64,000 nt of DNA from an uncultured Mucilaginibacter sp. (GCA_964241965.1 CAXTAP010000001.1:264-64263), one strand, 5' to 3'; shown: positions 28,018-39,270, counted from the first letter of the stretch. Numbers and translations are program-made. The notes: a model not told the origin generated them from the letters alone.

Positions 28018-29736
28018 ATGTTATACCCGGCAGCAAACCAGTCCGCAAACGCTAACAAAACCATCGCCTGGTTTTTACTCTGCTGGACGGTGCTGAACCT
28101 CCTGCAGGCAGCCACACTCGGCTTACATTCCGACGAGGCCTACTACTGGGTATATTCACGCTTTTTAGACTGGGGGTACTTTGACCATCCGCCTATGGTA
28201 GCCCTGTTCATCCGGGCCGGCGACAGCCTGCTGCATACCGAACTAGGGGTACGCCTGGCTGCTGTCATCTCAAGCACTGCATCCATCTATGTTTTATGGC
28301 TCATTGCCAAAAAATTCAAAACCGATGCCCGCTGGTTTGTACTTATGGTTTCGGGCACATTCATTTTTCATATCTACGGCTTTATTACCACGCCCGATGC
28401 GCCGCTGCTGCTGTTTACCGTATTATTTTACTATGTATATCAGCAGTACCTCGAAAAGGATAAGTGGGCGCTGGCCCTGCTGCTTGCCCTCATTGTAGCC
28501 GGCCTGCTCTACAGTAAGTACCATGGCATTTTACTGGTGCTGTTCACTGTGCTGGCCAATATCAGGCTGCTAAAACGGCCGTCGTTCTATTTAATTGCTG
28601 TTCTATCCCTTATCCTGTACCTGCCCCATATTGTATGGCAGGTACACCACCATTATCCATCGGTAGCCTATCACCTGTTCGAGCGGTCGTCCGAAGTGTA
28701 CCAGCCCTCACATACCTATTTATACCTGCCGGGACAGCTGCTGATGGCAGGCCCGCTCACGGGCTGGTTTATATTTTACTATGCCTTTACCACGCGGGTT
28801 AAAGGCGCTTTTATCCGCTGCCTGCTGGTTAACAGCGCCGGTACGTTTTTTTTCTTTTTAATTAATACCATTAAGGGCAACGTACAGCCGCACTGGACGC
28901 TGATCGGCTTCGTTCCCTTGGTATTGCTGGTTATTATCCATCTGCGCCAGCCCGGCAGTAAACCGGCATGGCTGTTTAAACTGGCGGTAGCCAATACAGT
29001 TTTAATCATACTGTTCAGGCTGCTGCTCATTGTTCACGAACCCCACATCATTAAGCTAAGGGCGTTCAGGAGTTTTTATGGCTTTGCCGCCTGGGCACAG
29101 CAAATAAGGCACAAGGCAGGCAATGCCTACGTAATTATACCCGCAAGTTTCCAGGAGCCATCAAAATATAATTTTTATACCCGCAGTTTAAAGGGTTTTG
29201 ATTATGATGAGCGCACCTATCGCCGTACACAGTACGATTTATGGCCGATTGAGGATAGTATGCAGCACCGCCGCGTAATGCTTTTAACCGATAGACCGGT
29301 TGCCGGGCAAACAACAGACTCGGTTAGTACCAGCAAGGGCAGGCGTTACATCAGCTGGATTAATAATGTACTTACTTTGCAAAAGCTGGATATACAAATC
29401 AGCGTACGCAAGCTTAAAGCCCGGCCCGGTGAAGCTGTGCCGCTCACCCTCAGCATACTTAATCCGTACTCCGCAGCTGTGAATTTTGGTGAGAAAAGCC
29501 AGGGCAAGCCCATTACGCTCAGCGCCTGTTTTTATCAGGATAAGGATTTAGTTGGGGAGCAGCCCGCAGGCGCCGATGTAAACCGGCTTGTGATTGCAGC
29601 ACACCAAACCGGTATTTACCGCTTTAAGCTGACAGCGCCGGCCAAACCAGGGCAATACGATTTGATTTTTTCTGTGCGCACTGCACCGTTTCCGGGAGGC
29701 AGAAACAGCAGAATGATTACCTTTACCGCCCGGTAA
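28018..29736 (+). CDS. ArnT/PMT-like membrane glycosyltransferase (GT39/GT83-like)
   Basis: DEAYYW...WGYFDHPP; TPDAPL; multiple transmembrane segments. Confidence 0.88.
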   Translation: MLYPAANQSANANKTIAWFLLCWTVLNLLQAATLGLHSDEAYYWVYSRFLDWGYFDHPPMVALFIRAGDSLLHTELGVRLAAVISSTASIYVLWLIAKKFKTDARWFVLMVSGTFIFHIYGFITTPDAPLLLFTVLFYYVYQQYLEKDKWALALLLALIVAGLLYSKYHGILLVLFTVLANIRLLKRPSFYLIAVLSLILYLPHIVWQVHHHYPSVAYHLFERSSEVYQPSHTYLYLPGQLLMAGPLTGWFIFYYAFTTRVKGAFIRCLLVNSAGTFFFFLINTIKGNVQPHWTLIGFVPLVLLVIIHLRQPGSKPAWLFKLAVANTVLIILFRLLLIVHEPHIIKLRAFRSFYGFAAWAQQIRHKAGNAYVIIPASFQEPSKYNFYTRSLKGFDYDERTYRRTQYDLWPIEDSMQHRRVMLLTDRPVAGQTTDSVSTSKGRRYISWINNVLTLQKLDIQISVRKLKARPGEAVPLTLSILNPYSAAVNFGEKSQGKPITLSACFYQDKDLVGEQPAGADVNRLVIAAHQTGIYRFKLTAPAKPGQYDLIFSVRTAPFPGGRNSRMITFTAR

Positions 29737-29753
29737 CCTGATTAACGCACGAT

Positions 29754-30812
29754 ATGATTAAACATTTTTACGCAATACTCTTCTTTAGTGTGCTGCTAAC
29801 TGCCGCTGCACAGGCACAGCAGGACACGGCCCGCTATACACCCGGCAGCCTGGATATTCACTTTAACGGCTTTGGTTTTTTTGATAACCGCGAGTATAAG
29901 GCGTTTACCGAGCGCTCGCGCACCTACTCGGGCGTACGCACCGCGCTCGATCTGGGATTAAACCTGGACAGCCTGAACCATTTTATTGTTGGTGTAAACG
30001 GTATCCATGAGTTTGGCGCTGTTCCTTACTTTTTACGGGTTGACCCGGTGGCTTACTATAAGTTTGAAAGCCATCACTGGCTGTTTAATGTGGGCGCCTT
30101 TCCGCGCGAAGGATTAATAACCAATTATCCGCGGGCTTTACTGAACGATACCCTGCTTTATTACCGCCCCAATGTAGAGGGAATGCTTACCCGCTGGCAA
30201 ACCGAATATGGTTACGAAACCTTATGGATTGACTGGGTAAGCCGCCAGACGGCCACCGCCCGTGAACAGTTTTTATTCGGATTGTCGGGCAAGTACCTGC
30301 CCAGCCCTGCCGGGCCGTTTTACCTGTCGCACTACTTTTTGATGCTGCATGATGCCGGGCCGGCGGTAGCCATACCGGGCGACCATATACGTGATAACGG
30401 TGCCGGAGAAGTCAGGGTGGGGCTGGACTTCAGCCATAAAACAGTTTTTGATTCCCTGTCGGTAGAGGCCGGCGGGCTGATTTCATTAGAGCGGGTACGC
30501 AGTGTTGACGGGTTCAGAAAGCCGCTTGGCTTTGTGGCAAGCGCCTATGCCAGCTATCACCGTTTTTCGTTCTTTGATGAATTTTATGCCGGCCAGCCGC
30601 ACTATATTAATTACGGCGATGCCTATTATCAGAAAAAAATATACAACCGCCTGGATGTTATTTACTCGCCGTTTGTTTATAACCGCATTCACGGATATTT
30701 TATACTTAGCCTGCACCAGTCGCCCGGGCAGCTGGGCGACAGCCAGCAAGCCTTCCGGCTCACCTATGATTTAGGCCGCAAGGTTTTAAAAAGGTTTAAC
30801 AGTGAAAACTGA
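29754..30812 (+). CDS. Exported hypothetical protein, possibly outer-membrane beta-barrel
   Basis: Signal peptide; FFDNREY; aromatic-rich alternating strands. Confidence 0.6.
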   Translation: MIKHFYAILFFSVLLTAAAQAQQDTARYTPGSLDIHFNGFGFFDNREYKAFTERSRTYSGVRTALDLGLNLDSLNHFIVGVNGIHEFGAVPYFLRVDPVAYYKFESHHWLFNVGAFPREGLITNYPRALLNDTLLYYRPNVEGMLTRWQTEYGYETLWIDWVSRQTATAREQFLFGLSGKYLPSPAGPFYLSHYFLMLHDAGPAVAIPGDHIRDNGAGEVRVGLDFSHKTVFDSLSVEAGGLISLERVRSVDGFRKPLGFVASAYASYHRFSFFDEFYAGQPHYINYGDAYYQKKIYNRLDVIYSPFVYNRIHGYFILSLHQSPGQLGDSQQAFRLTYDLGRKVLKRFNSEN

Positions 30813-30855
30813 TAGTAGCTGCCTGTAATCGAATTTGGCGTTAGGGCATAATATT

Positions 30856-30906
30856 TTAACAAAAAGGGCAGCGGCTTTTAATTAAAGCCGCTGCCCTTTT
30901 TGTTAA
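30856..30906. terminator. Bidirectional intrinsic terminator
   Basis: 23-bp perfect inverted repeat TTAACAAAAAGGGCAGCGGCTTT / AAAGCCGCTGCCCTTTTTGTTAA between convergent genes. Confidence 0.85.
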
Positions 30907-30928
30907 TCATTTACAATATTCTAAATCT

Positions 30929-31660
30929 TTAGCCCCGGTTAATGTCGCCGCTTCCGTGCTTCTCGGTATGTACTTGCCTGGCGTTACCGCTGTAATATAT
31001 ATCGCCCGAACCGGTGAGTACGGCATTGATGGTAACATTAGCGTTTACGTGCGCACTGCCCGAACCGCTAACACGGATAGAGGTATCATCGGTGGTTACA
31101 GACTCAGCTGCATAATCGCCCGAACCGGTTACGCTCACTGTTGAAACAGAGGCACGGCCGCTCAGCTTCATTTCGCCGGAGCCGGTCAGCTTGCTTTCCA
31201 GTTCCTGTACATCTACGTGCCCATGCATACCGCCCGAACCTACAACTGCCAGGCGCAGCTTGCTCGCCTTAATGCCGTTTTTAAAGCTCACATCGCCCGA
31301 ACCGCCCAGGGTTACGCTGTTCAGGCTCCGGGCGTTTACATACACCACCATTTTGTTGTTATTATTCCACGACCAGTTCCAGTTGCCTCTTTTAATGCTT
31401 AGCCTCAACACGCCATTTTCAACAACGGTTTCAATGCGGTTAATTACCTCGGCAGGGGCTTCCACCTTAACTGATTCGGTATTGCCCTGTGTAATCTCTA
31501 CATCAAAGGAGCCGGATGCCTCAATACTGCTAAAACCGGATAAATGACGGTCTTCGGTTTCTGTTGCTTTTGAAGCAGCTGGTGCTTTGGTTGCTGCCTG
31601 AGTGAAGCCGGCACCGGTTACCAGGGCGGCGGCCAGCATAAGGATTGATAGTGATTTCAT
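30929..31660 (-). CDS. Head GIN domain (DUF2807) protein
   Basis: Signal peptide; repeated V/L-x-GSG units; ends GSGDIYYSGN...GSGDI. Confidence 0.9.
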   Translation of the reverse strand: MKSLSILMLAAALVTGAGFTQAATKAPAASKATETEDRHLSGFSSIEASGSFDVEITQGNTESVKVEAPAEVINRIETVVENGVLRLSIKRGNWNWSWNNNNKMVVYVNARSLNSVTLGGSGDVSFKNGIKASKLRLAVVGSGGMHGHVDVQELESKLTGSGEMKLSGRASVSTVSVTGSGDYAAESVTTDDTSIRVSGSGSAHVNANVTINAVLTGSGDIYYSGNARQVHTEKHGSGDINRG

Positions 31661-32227
31661 GGTTTTATTTTGTTTTGATTGCTTATATGACGCAGGGCAA
31701 AGGCAGCACGTTGCACTGAAATGAGAAAACCCGCAACTTATTTTAAGCTGCCTGGATATGTACCTTCATCGAGCGTTAGTTTGCTCGCAGCCCAGGAATC
31801 CTGATGCTTTTCTGTCTGACCCGGAATTTATAGAATTAAAGAATTAACAGAACTATTTGCAGGTATAATCAAATGTAAACACCTGCCTGTACATAACCTA
31901 TCTCTATAGTCTTGACTTTTTCAGCTGTTACTACCGGCCGCCCAAGCAGCGTACGCTCAAAAAACAAGGCGCAGCTACAGGCGCTTTCCTTTTGGTTTTT
32001 TCCCCTTTGCGGTTAAATGAACAGCACAATTTACAATTAAACGGTTTTTAATTATTGAACCCGTTCATTATTTTAATTACACTGCAAAACAATATAAAAC
32101 TACATCATTTGCCAGATACAGGCACTAACTTTTGGCAACCTGCAAGCAATTCAGGATGCTAATTAAAGATGGTGCCCATATCTTACAATGAAATGCTTGA
32201 TGTATTTTATCATAAAATTAACCAGAT

Positions 32228-33883
32228 TTAATCTATCAGTACGCCGATATAATAGTTAAATGTATCTACCTCAATATTATCCTTATTGATGCCTGCAATG
32301 TCAATAGGTGATGCCTGGATGGCCACGGCGTTCACATACTGATACTCGCCGCCCTTAACCCGGATGCGCACCGGCATAGCCAGGTTTTTATCGTTGGCAA
32401 CCCACCGGCAATATAGTTTGCCCTTAATAGCCATAATTTCCAGTACGGGCAGGGTATTATAACGCAGGTATTGGTTAAACACCGGAGTTAAATCCATACC
32501 GGCTTGTTTGTTAATGTAATCAACTATCTGCTCGGTGGTTACGGTTTGATGATAAAAGGTTTTGTTCAGCCCGCGCAAAATGCTCAGCCACTTGGCATCA
32601 TCATTAATGATGGTTCTGATCTGGTTCAGCAGTACGCCGCCTTTAGAATACATATCGCTCGAACCCTCCTTGTTTACGCCGTATGGCCCGATGATGGGCC
32701 GGTCGTTGGCAATGGATCTGCGGCTGCCGTGTACATATTCCTGCCCGGCCTGCTTACCATAAAAGGTTTCAGTGAACAATGATTCAGAGTAGTAGGTGAA
32801 GCCCTCGTGTATCCACATATCGGCAATGTCCTTACTGGTGATATTATTGCCAAACCACTCATGGCCGCTTTCATGAATGATGATATAATCCCACTTTAGC
32901 CCCCAGCCGGTACCGGAAAGATCGCGCCCTAAGTACCCGTTCTGATAATGATTGCCGTATGCCGTAGCGCTTTGATGCTCCATGCCCAGGTGCGGCGTTT
33001 CCACCAGCTTATAGCCATCCTCATAAAAAGGATAGGGGCCAAACCAATGCTCATGGCTTTTCAGCATCGGCTTTACATTAGCGTCGAACTGCTTTCTGGC
33101 TTTTTCCAGGTTGTAAGGCAGCACCCAGTAATCCAGCGTAAGTTTGCCTTTTTCGCCGTTATAAGTATCGCTGAAATGGGTATATTCTCCAATGTTAGCG
33201 GCTACATCATAATTGTTGATGGGGTTATTGACAAACCAGTCGTACCGGGTATAGCCATCTTTCAGCGGAGTTACCTTGCGCAGCCTGCCGTTGGATACAT
33301 CCTTTAAGCCGTTGGGCACACTGATGCTGATGAGCATACTGTCCACCTCATCGGCTTGATGATCTTTAGTGGGCCACCATACGCTGGCGCCTAAACCCTG
33401 GCAGGCGGTAGCCACCCACGCTTTGCCCAATGAATCGGTACTGTAAACTACGCCGCCATCCCAGGGAGCGCGTTTGGCAATTACCGGGTTGCCGGAATAA
33501 TAAACCGTAAACTCATCATGAAAACCCTTTTGAATACTCTTTGGAAAGGTAACAAACACGGCATTATACTCGCGGGTATAAGGCAGCGGCCGGCCCTTGT
33601 ACAGCACCTTCTCCACCTTCAGGTTACTGAACAGGTCGAACTGCAGCTTATTAAAATCCTGCGTAGCCGTAAACTTAAACAACACATTGCCGCTGATGAA
33701 TTTTTGGGCAATATCAAACTTCACATCCAGGTGATAGTAGTTAATATCATAACAGGTGCGCAGCGGCGTAAGCGTACCGCGCAGGGTATCAGCCCGGGTA
33801 AAGGTATTTTTAGGCTGACCAAGCTGAGCGTGAGCCAGGAGAGAAGCAAGGCTTAATATAAGAGTAAGGGCCTTTAATTTCAT
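32228..33883 (-). CDS. M1 family metalloaminopeptidase
   Basis: GMEHQ; HESGHEWFGN...WIHEG (HExxH-x18-E). Confidence 0.92.
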   Translation of the reverse strand: MKLKALTLILSLASLLAHAQLGQPKNTFTRADTLRGTLTPLRTCYDINYYHLDVKFDIAQKFISGNVLFKFTATQDFNKLQFDLFSNLKVEKVLYKGRPLPYTREYNAVFVTFPKSIQKGFHDEFTVYYSGNPVIAKRAPWDGGVVYSTDSLGKAWVATACQGLGASVWWPTKDHQADEVDSMLISISVPNGLKDVSNGRLRKVTPLKDGYTRYDWFVNNPINNYDVAANIGEYTHFSDTYNGEKGKLTLDYWVLPYNLEKARKQFDANVKPMLKSHEHWFGPYPFYEDGYKLVETPHLGMEHQSATAYGNHYQNGYLGRDLSGTGWGLKWDYIIIHESGHEWFGNNITSKDIADMWIHEGFTYYSESLFTETFYGKQAGQEYVHGSRRSIANDRPIIGPYGVNKEGSSDMYSKGGVLLNQIRTIINDDAKWLSILRGLNKTFYHQTVTTEQIVDYINKQAGMDLTPVFNQYLRYNTLPVLEIMAIKGKLYCRWVANDKNLAMPVRIRVKGGEYQYVNAVAIQASPIDIAGINKDNIEVDTFNYYIGVLID

Positions 33884-33915
33884 TGATGGTTGATTCGGAT
33901 TGTATAACTATAAAC

Positions 33916-33991
33916 ATCATCCTGGGTAATAGTGAAGAATCTGCAGGTTGAGGCTGGCCTTTACAGATCCTTCGCTATTGCTTAGGATGAC
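33916..33991. repeat. GTCAT...ATGAC-type palindromic element, copy 3 (G-U rich)
   Basis: ATCATCCTGGGTAATAGTGAAGAATCTG ... CAGATCCTTCGCTATTGCTTAGGATGAC. Confidence 0.7.
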
Positions 33992-34018
33992 ACATCGGGT
34001 TTAATTTTATTTGATCAT

Positions 34019-35893
34019 TTATTTCAGCACCTCCACGTCCACATAGCTGTCGTCAAACACCGTTTGGGTAGCCTTTACATAGTCGCTGGCATCGGCCTTA
34101 TAAGGATTATCCACAAATTTTTGCGGGTTACGGGCAAACAGCGGGAAGGCGGTGCTCTGCACCTGAACCATAATGCGGTGTCCCTTTTTAAAGGTGTGCA
34201 GCACATCCTGCAGGCGCACGTTGACATCCGTTTTCTGGCCGGGCACCATCGGTACGGCCTTATCAAAACCGGTACGGAAGCGAGCCGGCATAATTTCGGA
34301 GCGTACCATCTGCCAGTAATTGCTCATAATAATGTTCTTGTTCGGCATGTATTCGCTGTTTTTTTCATCGGGCGGATAAACGTCAATCAGCTTTACCACA
34401 TAATCGGCATCGCTGCTGCTGTTGGCTACTTTCAGGTGGGTCATGATCTCGCCGCCCAGGGTAACATCATTCTGCAGCACATCGGTCTGGTACACCAGCA
34501 CATCAGGGCGGCGGCCCGCAAAGCGCTGATCCTCACTCATGTAATTATGCGGAGTAAATCCCATGGTGGTCGTGTTATCCTCTGTGTAAGGCACGGGCTT
34601 CATCGGGTCGCTGATGTATTGCATGGAGCCGCTGCCTGCGGGCTGGGCTGTTGGCAGTTTGCCATCGGCGCTAAGGTACATTTTCTGGTGAGCGGCTGCG
34701 GTAACCGGCCACTGGTCAAACTTTTCCCATTCCTTTTTACCAGTGTCGTACATATAAGCCTTGGGCAGGCCCGATTCCTTACTGCCGTTGCCCTTCAGGA
34801 AATGGCTGAAGAACTTAGCCTCAATATCGCGCTGATAAAAGGTAGCAATGCTGTCGCCGAAATAAACATTGCTGTGCAGGGTATGCCCCGTTTCGCGCGA
34901 CCAGCGGCCATGCCCGAACGGCCCCATCACGATAGTGTTGTAGGCAGCCGGATCGGTTTTGTTGATGCGCTTAAACATATCCAGCGGGCCGCTTAAATCT
35001 TCAGCATCGTACCAGCCGCCCACAAACATGATGGCCGGCTTTACCTTACCGTAGTGGCGGGGCAGGCTGCGGGACTGCCAGAATTCATCATAATTCGGGT
35101 GATTTATAGTTTCCTGCCAGAAAAAGTTGTCCTTATAATACTGGTCGGCGTTCTTCAGCGGCCCCATATCTAATAAAAACTGGTAGCCGTCACGTGTTCC
35201 GGCTTTAATGTTCTGTTCGGCATACCAGGCTTTGGAGGTCGTGTCCTTCTTCTGCACGCCAAACACCGGATAGGTAAAAAAGTAGCTCTCGAGCAGAGCG
35301 CCGTTGTGATGAAAATCATCAAAAAAGAAATCGGAAATAGGTGCCTGCGGCGATGACGCTTTCAGTGCCGGGTGGTTGCTCAATATACCCGCTGCCGTAT
35401 AAAAGCCCGGGTAAGAGATGCCCCACTGGCCCACCTTGCCATTATTATCCGGCACGTTTTTTACCAGCCAGTCAATGGTATCGTAGGTGTCGGTGCCTTC
35501 ATCTACATTCTTTTTGGTTTTGTGCTCTACAACCGGAGTCATGTTGGTCCAGGTGCCTTCGCTTTTATAACGGCCGCGCACATCCTGGTAAACCACAATG
35601 TAGCCCTCCCTCATCATCATGTCCGAAGGGCCTAACCGGGCCGGTATTTTCCCTTCGCCGTAGGGAGCAATGCTGTAGCAAGTACGCTGCATTACAATCG
35701 GGTATTTATGCTGCGGTGAGGCATCTTTAGGGGTATAGATGGAGGTAAACAGCTTCACGCCATCGCGCATGGTAATATACACATCCTTTTTAGTGTAATG
35801 TTCTTTGGCGTAGGAAGCTGTGCCCTGGGCGCGGGTGCCGGTACAGTAAGCAGTTGCCATAAGCAAAAGCAGGCAGGTTTTTTTTATATTCAT
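34019..35893 (-). CDS. CocE/NonD family hydrolase
   Basis: MRDGVKL; QDVRGR; WGISYPG nucleophile; GGWYDAED. Confidence 0.92.
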   Translation of the reverse strand: MNIKKTCLLLLMATAYCTGTRAQGTASYAKEHYTKKDVYITMRDGVKLFTSIYTPKDASPQHKYPIVMQRTCYSIAPYGEGKIPARLGPSDMMMREGYIVVYQDVRGRYKSEGTWTNMTPVVEHKTKKNVDEGTDTYDTIDWLVKNVPDNNGKVGQWGISYPGFYTAAGILSNHPALKASSPQAPISDFFFDDFHHNGALLESYFFTYPVFGVQKKDTTSKAWYAEQNIKAGTRDGYQFLLDMGPLKNADQYYKDNFFWQETINHPNYDEFWQSRSLPRHYGKVKPAIMFVGGWYDAEDLSGPLDMFKRINKTDPAAYNTIVMGPFGHGRWSRETGHTLHSNVYFGDSIATFYQRDIEAKFFSHFLKGNGSKESGLPKAYMYDTGKKEWEKFDQWPVTAAAHQKMYLSADGKLPTAQPAGSGSMQYISDPMKPVPYTEDNTTTMGFTPHNYMSEDQRFAGRRPDVLVYQTDVLQNDVTLGGEIMTHLKVANSSSDADYVVKLIDVYPPDEKNSEYMPNKNIIMSNYWQMVRSEIMPARFRTGFDKAVPMVPGQKTDVNVRLQDVLHTFKKGHRIMVQVQSTAFPLFARNPQKFVDNPYKADASDYVKATQTVFDDSYVDVEVLK

Positions 35894-36235
35894 AGTGAGT
35901 GACATGTTGCGGAGCCTAATTTAGCAAGTAATATTGAAAAATGATGCAGCAGCAGCTGAATTGCCATAGATAGCTGTTTTATAATGAAAATAATACTGCG
36001 AATGAGGACAGAAACTCCCTTAAATTTCCGTTGGACAAGCAATTTGTGCAGAATATGGCCGAAAAAACAAAGGGGATAATGGTTTGATAAACACCTGGCA
36101 TCTTATATTTTCAAAACACTTCTCTACAGATGGAGCGGAACTGCTTTATACTAAGTTTTGGGATTTTTATGCAGATACCCGAAACTTAATGTTCGCAAAT
36201 AAATCAAAACAACGGAAATAGGTGTTGAAGTAAAT

Positions 36236-37759
36236 ATGATCATCAAACACTTTTTAATTGTATTATTTTCAGTTATAACTATAGTTGCCGATGCGCAACC
36301 CAATAAGAGCAAAGTGTACCATGAGCCTTACCGCCCTCAGTTTCATTTTTCGCCGCAGCGCAACTGGATGAACGACCCCAACGGGATGGTATTTTATCAA
36401 GGTGTTTATCATTTATTTTTTCAATACAATCCAACAGCCAGTGTGCCGGGCAATATCCACTGGGGCCATGCCACCAGCCGCGATTTGCTGCACTGGCAGC
36501 AGCAGCCGGTAGCCCTGGCGCCTGATGATTTAGGACTGGTATTTTCGGGCAGTGCGGTAGTTGATCAGCATAACCTGTCGGGCCTGGGCACCAGGGCGCA
36601 CCCGGCGCTGGCGGCCTTTTATACCAGCCACAGCGTGGCACGTGAAAAGGCCGGCCGCACCGATGTGGAAACGCAAAGCCTGGCTTACAGTACAGACGGC
36701 GGCAAAACCTGGAAAAAGTATAAAGCCAATCCGGTGATACAAAATGAGGGCAGCCGGGATTTTCGCGACCCCAAAGTAAACTGGTACGAGCCGCAGCACA
36801 AATGGGTAATGGCCCTGTCGGCGCATGACCATGTTGATTTTTACTCCTCCAAAAACCTGATCAAATGGGTTAAGGAGAGCGAATTCGGGCAGCAGCTGGG
36901 TGCGCACGGCGGCGTTTGGGAATGCCCGGACCTAATAGAGGTGCACAACGGGCTTAAAAAGCAGTGGGTGCTTATTGTGAATATGAATCCCGGCGGCCCC
37001 AACGGCGGCTCGGCCACGCAATACTTTACCGGCAGCTTTGATGGTAAAACCTTTATGGCCGATGGCACCGCAACAAAATGGGCAGATTTCGGCCCGGATA
37101 ATTATGCCGGCGTTACCTGGGGCAATACCGGCGGGCGCAAAATATTTTTAGGCTGGATGAGCAACTGGCTTTACGGCGACAAAGTACCCACCAGTCCCTG
37201 GCGCAGCGCCATGACTATTCCGCGCGAATTAGGTTTGAAAACGGTAAATAAGGAAACTTACCTCACTATGCAGCCGGTTAAAGAGTTGAAAAGTATTACG
37301 CAAAAGGAAATTACCTGGAATGATGTAAAGATACAGGGCAGCTACAATCTGGATACAAAATTATCCGCACCAACCGGGTGTTATATCCTGAAGGTGAATG
37401 ATATTGCTGCCGAAAACTTCTCCATTGTATTATCAAATAAAAACGGCGAACAGGTAACCGTAGGATATCTGCGCGAAAGCAACAACTTTTTTATCGACCG
37501 CAGCCGCTCAGGCAAGGTTGATTTTCAGCCTGATTTTGCCAAAATTAGTTATGCGCCGCGGATAAGCACGGGCTCTAAAACTAATTTAACGCTGGTGGTT
37601 GATGCAGCATCAGCCGAGCTTTTTGCTGATGACGGGCTGACGAATATGACGGGTATCTTCTTCCCGTCGGCACCGTTAACCGGCCTGGCCATCAAAGCGC
37701 CGGGCGAGCTAAAGGCAGGGCACATCAGCTACGCTAAAATCGGTTCTATCTGGCATTGA
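36236..37759 (+). CDS. GH32 levanase/beta-fructofuranosidase
   Basis: WMNDPNG, FSGS, FRDP, WECP motifs; signal peptide. Confidence 0.93.
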   Translation: MIIKHFLIVLFSVITIVADAQPNKSKVYHEPYRPQFHFSPQRNWMNDPNGMVFYQGVYHLFFQYNPTASVPGNIHWGHATSRDLLHWQQQPVALAPDDLGLVFSGSAVVDQHNLSGLGTRAHPALAAFYTSHSVAREKAGRTDVETQSLAYSTDGGKTWKKYKANPVIQNEGSRDFRDPKVNWYEPQHKWVMALSAHDHVDFYSSKNLIKWVKESEFGQQLGAHGGVWECPDLIEVHNGLKKQWVLIVNMNPGGPNGGSATQYFTGSFDGKTFMADGTATKWADFGPDNYAGVTWGNTGGRKIFLGWMSNWLYGDKVPTSPWRSAMTIPRELGLKTVNKETYLTMQPVKELKSITQKEITWNDVKIQGSYNLDTKLSAPTGCYILKVNDIAAENFSIVLSNKNGEQVTVGYLRESNNFFIDRSRSGKVDFQPDFAKISYAPRISTGSKTNLTLVVDAASAELFADDGLTNMTGIFFPSAPLTGLAIKAPGELKAGHISYAKIGSIWH

Positions 37760-37866
37760 TAACTTACGGAGTAAGCCATAGTGGCAGTTTGAGGCAATGC
37801 AGTAACCGTTGTGGGCCGTTAGTATGATTATTGCTACCTTTGCGGTAAATCAAATATTCGATTGTT

Positions 37867-39270
37867 ATGCAATATGATGTTATTGTTATCGGCTCGGGCC
37901 CGGGCGGCTATGTGGCTGCCATCCGTTGTGCTCAGCTGGGTTTAAAAACGGCCTGTATTGAAAAATACGGCACCTTTGGCGGCACCTGCTTAAATGTGGG
38001 CTGCATCCCGTCAAAGGCTTTGCTTGATTCATCCGAACATTACTATAATGCTGCCCATACTTTCAAGACGCACGGTATTAACCTTGAAAATTTAAAGGTG
38101 GATTTCGGGCAGATGATCAAGCGCAAAAACGAGGTGGTGGCGCAAACTACAGGCGGCATTACCTTTTTGTTTAAAAAAAATAAGATAGACTCTTACCGGG
38201 GCATAGGCTCCTTTAAAGACAAAAATACTGTCCTTGTTAAGAAGGATGACGGCTCGGAGGAAACCCTGACCGCCACGAATGTTATTATCGCTACCGGCTC
38301 CAAGCCATCATCCCTGCCTTTTTTACCGGTGGATAAAGTGCGTATCATTACATCAACAGAGGCCATCAGCCTGCCTGAAGTGCCTAAACATTTGATACTG
38401 ATAGGAGGCGGCGTGATAGGTTTGGAGTTAGGTTCTGTTTATGCCCGCTTAGGTGCCAAAGTATCGGTCATTGAGTTTATGGATTCTCTTATCCCGAGCA
38501 TGGACAAGCAGCTGAGCAAGGAGCTGCAGAAAACCCTGCAGAAGACAGGTATGGAGTTTTACCTGGGCCACAAGGTAACCGGCGCTTCGGTGCAGGGCGA
38601 AGAGGTAACGGTAACATTTGATACTCCGAAGGGCGAGAATAAGGAATTGAAAGGGGATTATTGTTTGGTAGCCGTAGGCCGCGTAGCCTATACCGATGGC
38701 CTGGGCTTAGAAAACATTAATATTAAAACCGAAGAACGCGGCAAAAAAATTGCGGTAGATAAGCATCTGGAAACCAGCGTAAAAGGCGTTTACGCTATCG
38801 GCGATGTAGTGCGCGGCGCTATGCTGGCCCACAAGGCCGAAGATGAAGGTACCTTTGTAGCTGAGCACATTGCCGGCCAAAAGCCGCATATTAATTATAA
38901 TTTGATACCTGGAGTAGTATATACCTGGCCCGAAGTGGCCAGCGTTGGCTATACCGAAGAGCAGCTGAAGGAAAAAGGTGTTAAGTACAAAGCCGGTTCC
39001 TTTCCGTTTAAGGCCAGCGGCCGCGCCCGGGCCAGTATGGATACCGACGGTTTTGTAAAGGTACTGGCCGATGCTGCTACCGACGAGATTTTGGGTATGC
39101 ACATGATAGGCCCCCGTGCTGCCGATATGATTTCTGAAGGGGTAGTGGCCATGGAGTACCGGGCCAGCGCCGAAGATATATCGCGCATGAGCCATGCCCA
39201 CCCTACCTATACCGAAGCCATCCGCGAAGCGGCTCTGGCAGCTACAGAGAACCGGGCTATACACATTTAA
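37867..39270 (+). CDS. lpdA: Dihydrolipoamide dehydrogenase E3
   Basis: GGTCLNVGCIPSK; HAHPT; TACCTTTG promoter box at 37835-37842. Confidence 0.97.
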   Translation: MQYDVIVIGSGPGGYVAAIRCAQLGLKTACIEKYGTFGGTCLNVGCIPSKALLDSSEHYYNAAHTFKTHGINLENLKVDFGQMIKRKNEVVAQTTGGITFLFKKNKIDSYRGIGSFKDKNTVLVKKDDGSEETLTATNVIIATGSKPSSLPFLPVDKVRIITSTEAISLPEVPKHLILIGGGVIGLELGSVYARLGAKVSVIEFMDSLIPSMDKQLSKELQKTLQKTGMEFYLGHKVTGASVQGEEVTVTFDTPKGENKELKGDYCLVAVGRVAYTDGLGLENINIKTEERGKKIAVDKHLETSVKGVYAIGDVVRGAMLAHKAEDEGTFVAEHIAGQKPHINYNLIPGVVYTWPEVASVGYTEEQLKEKGVKYKAGSFPFKASGRARASMDTDGFVKVLADAATDEILGMHMIGPRAADMISEGVVAMEYRASAEDISRMSHAHPTYTEAIREAALAATENRAIHI

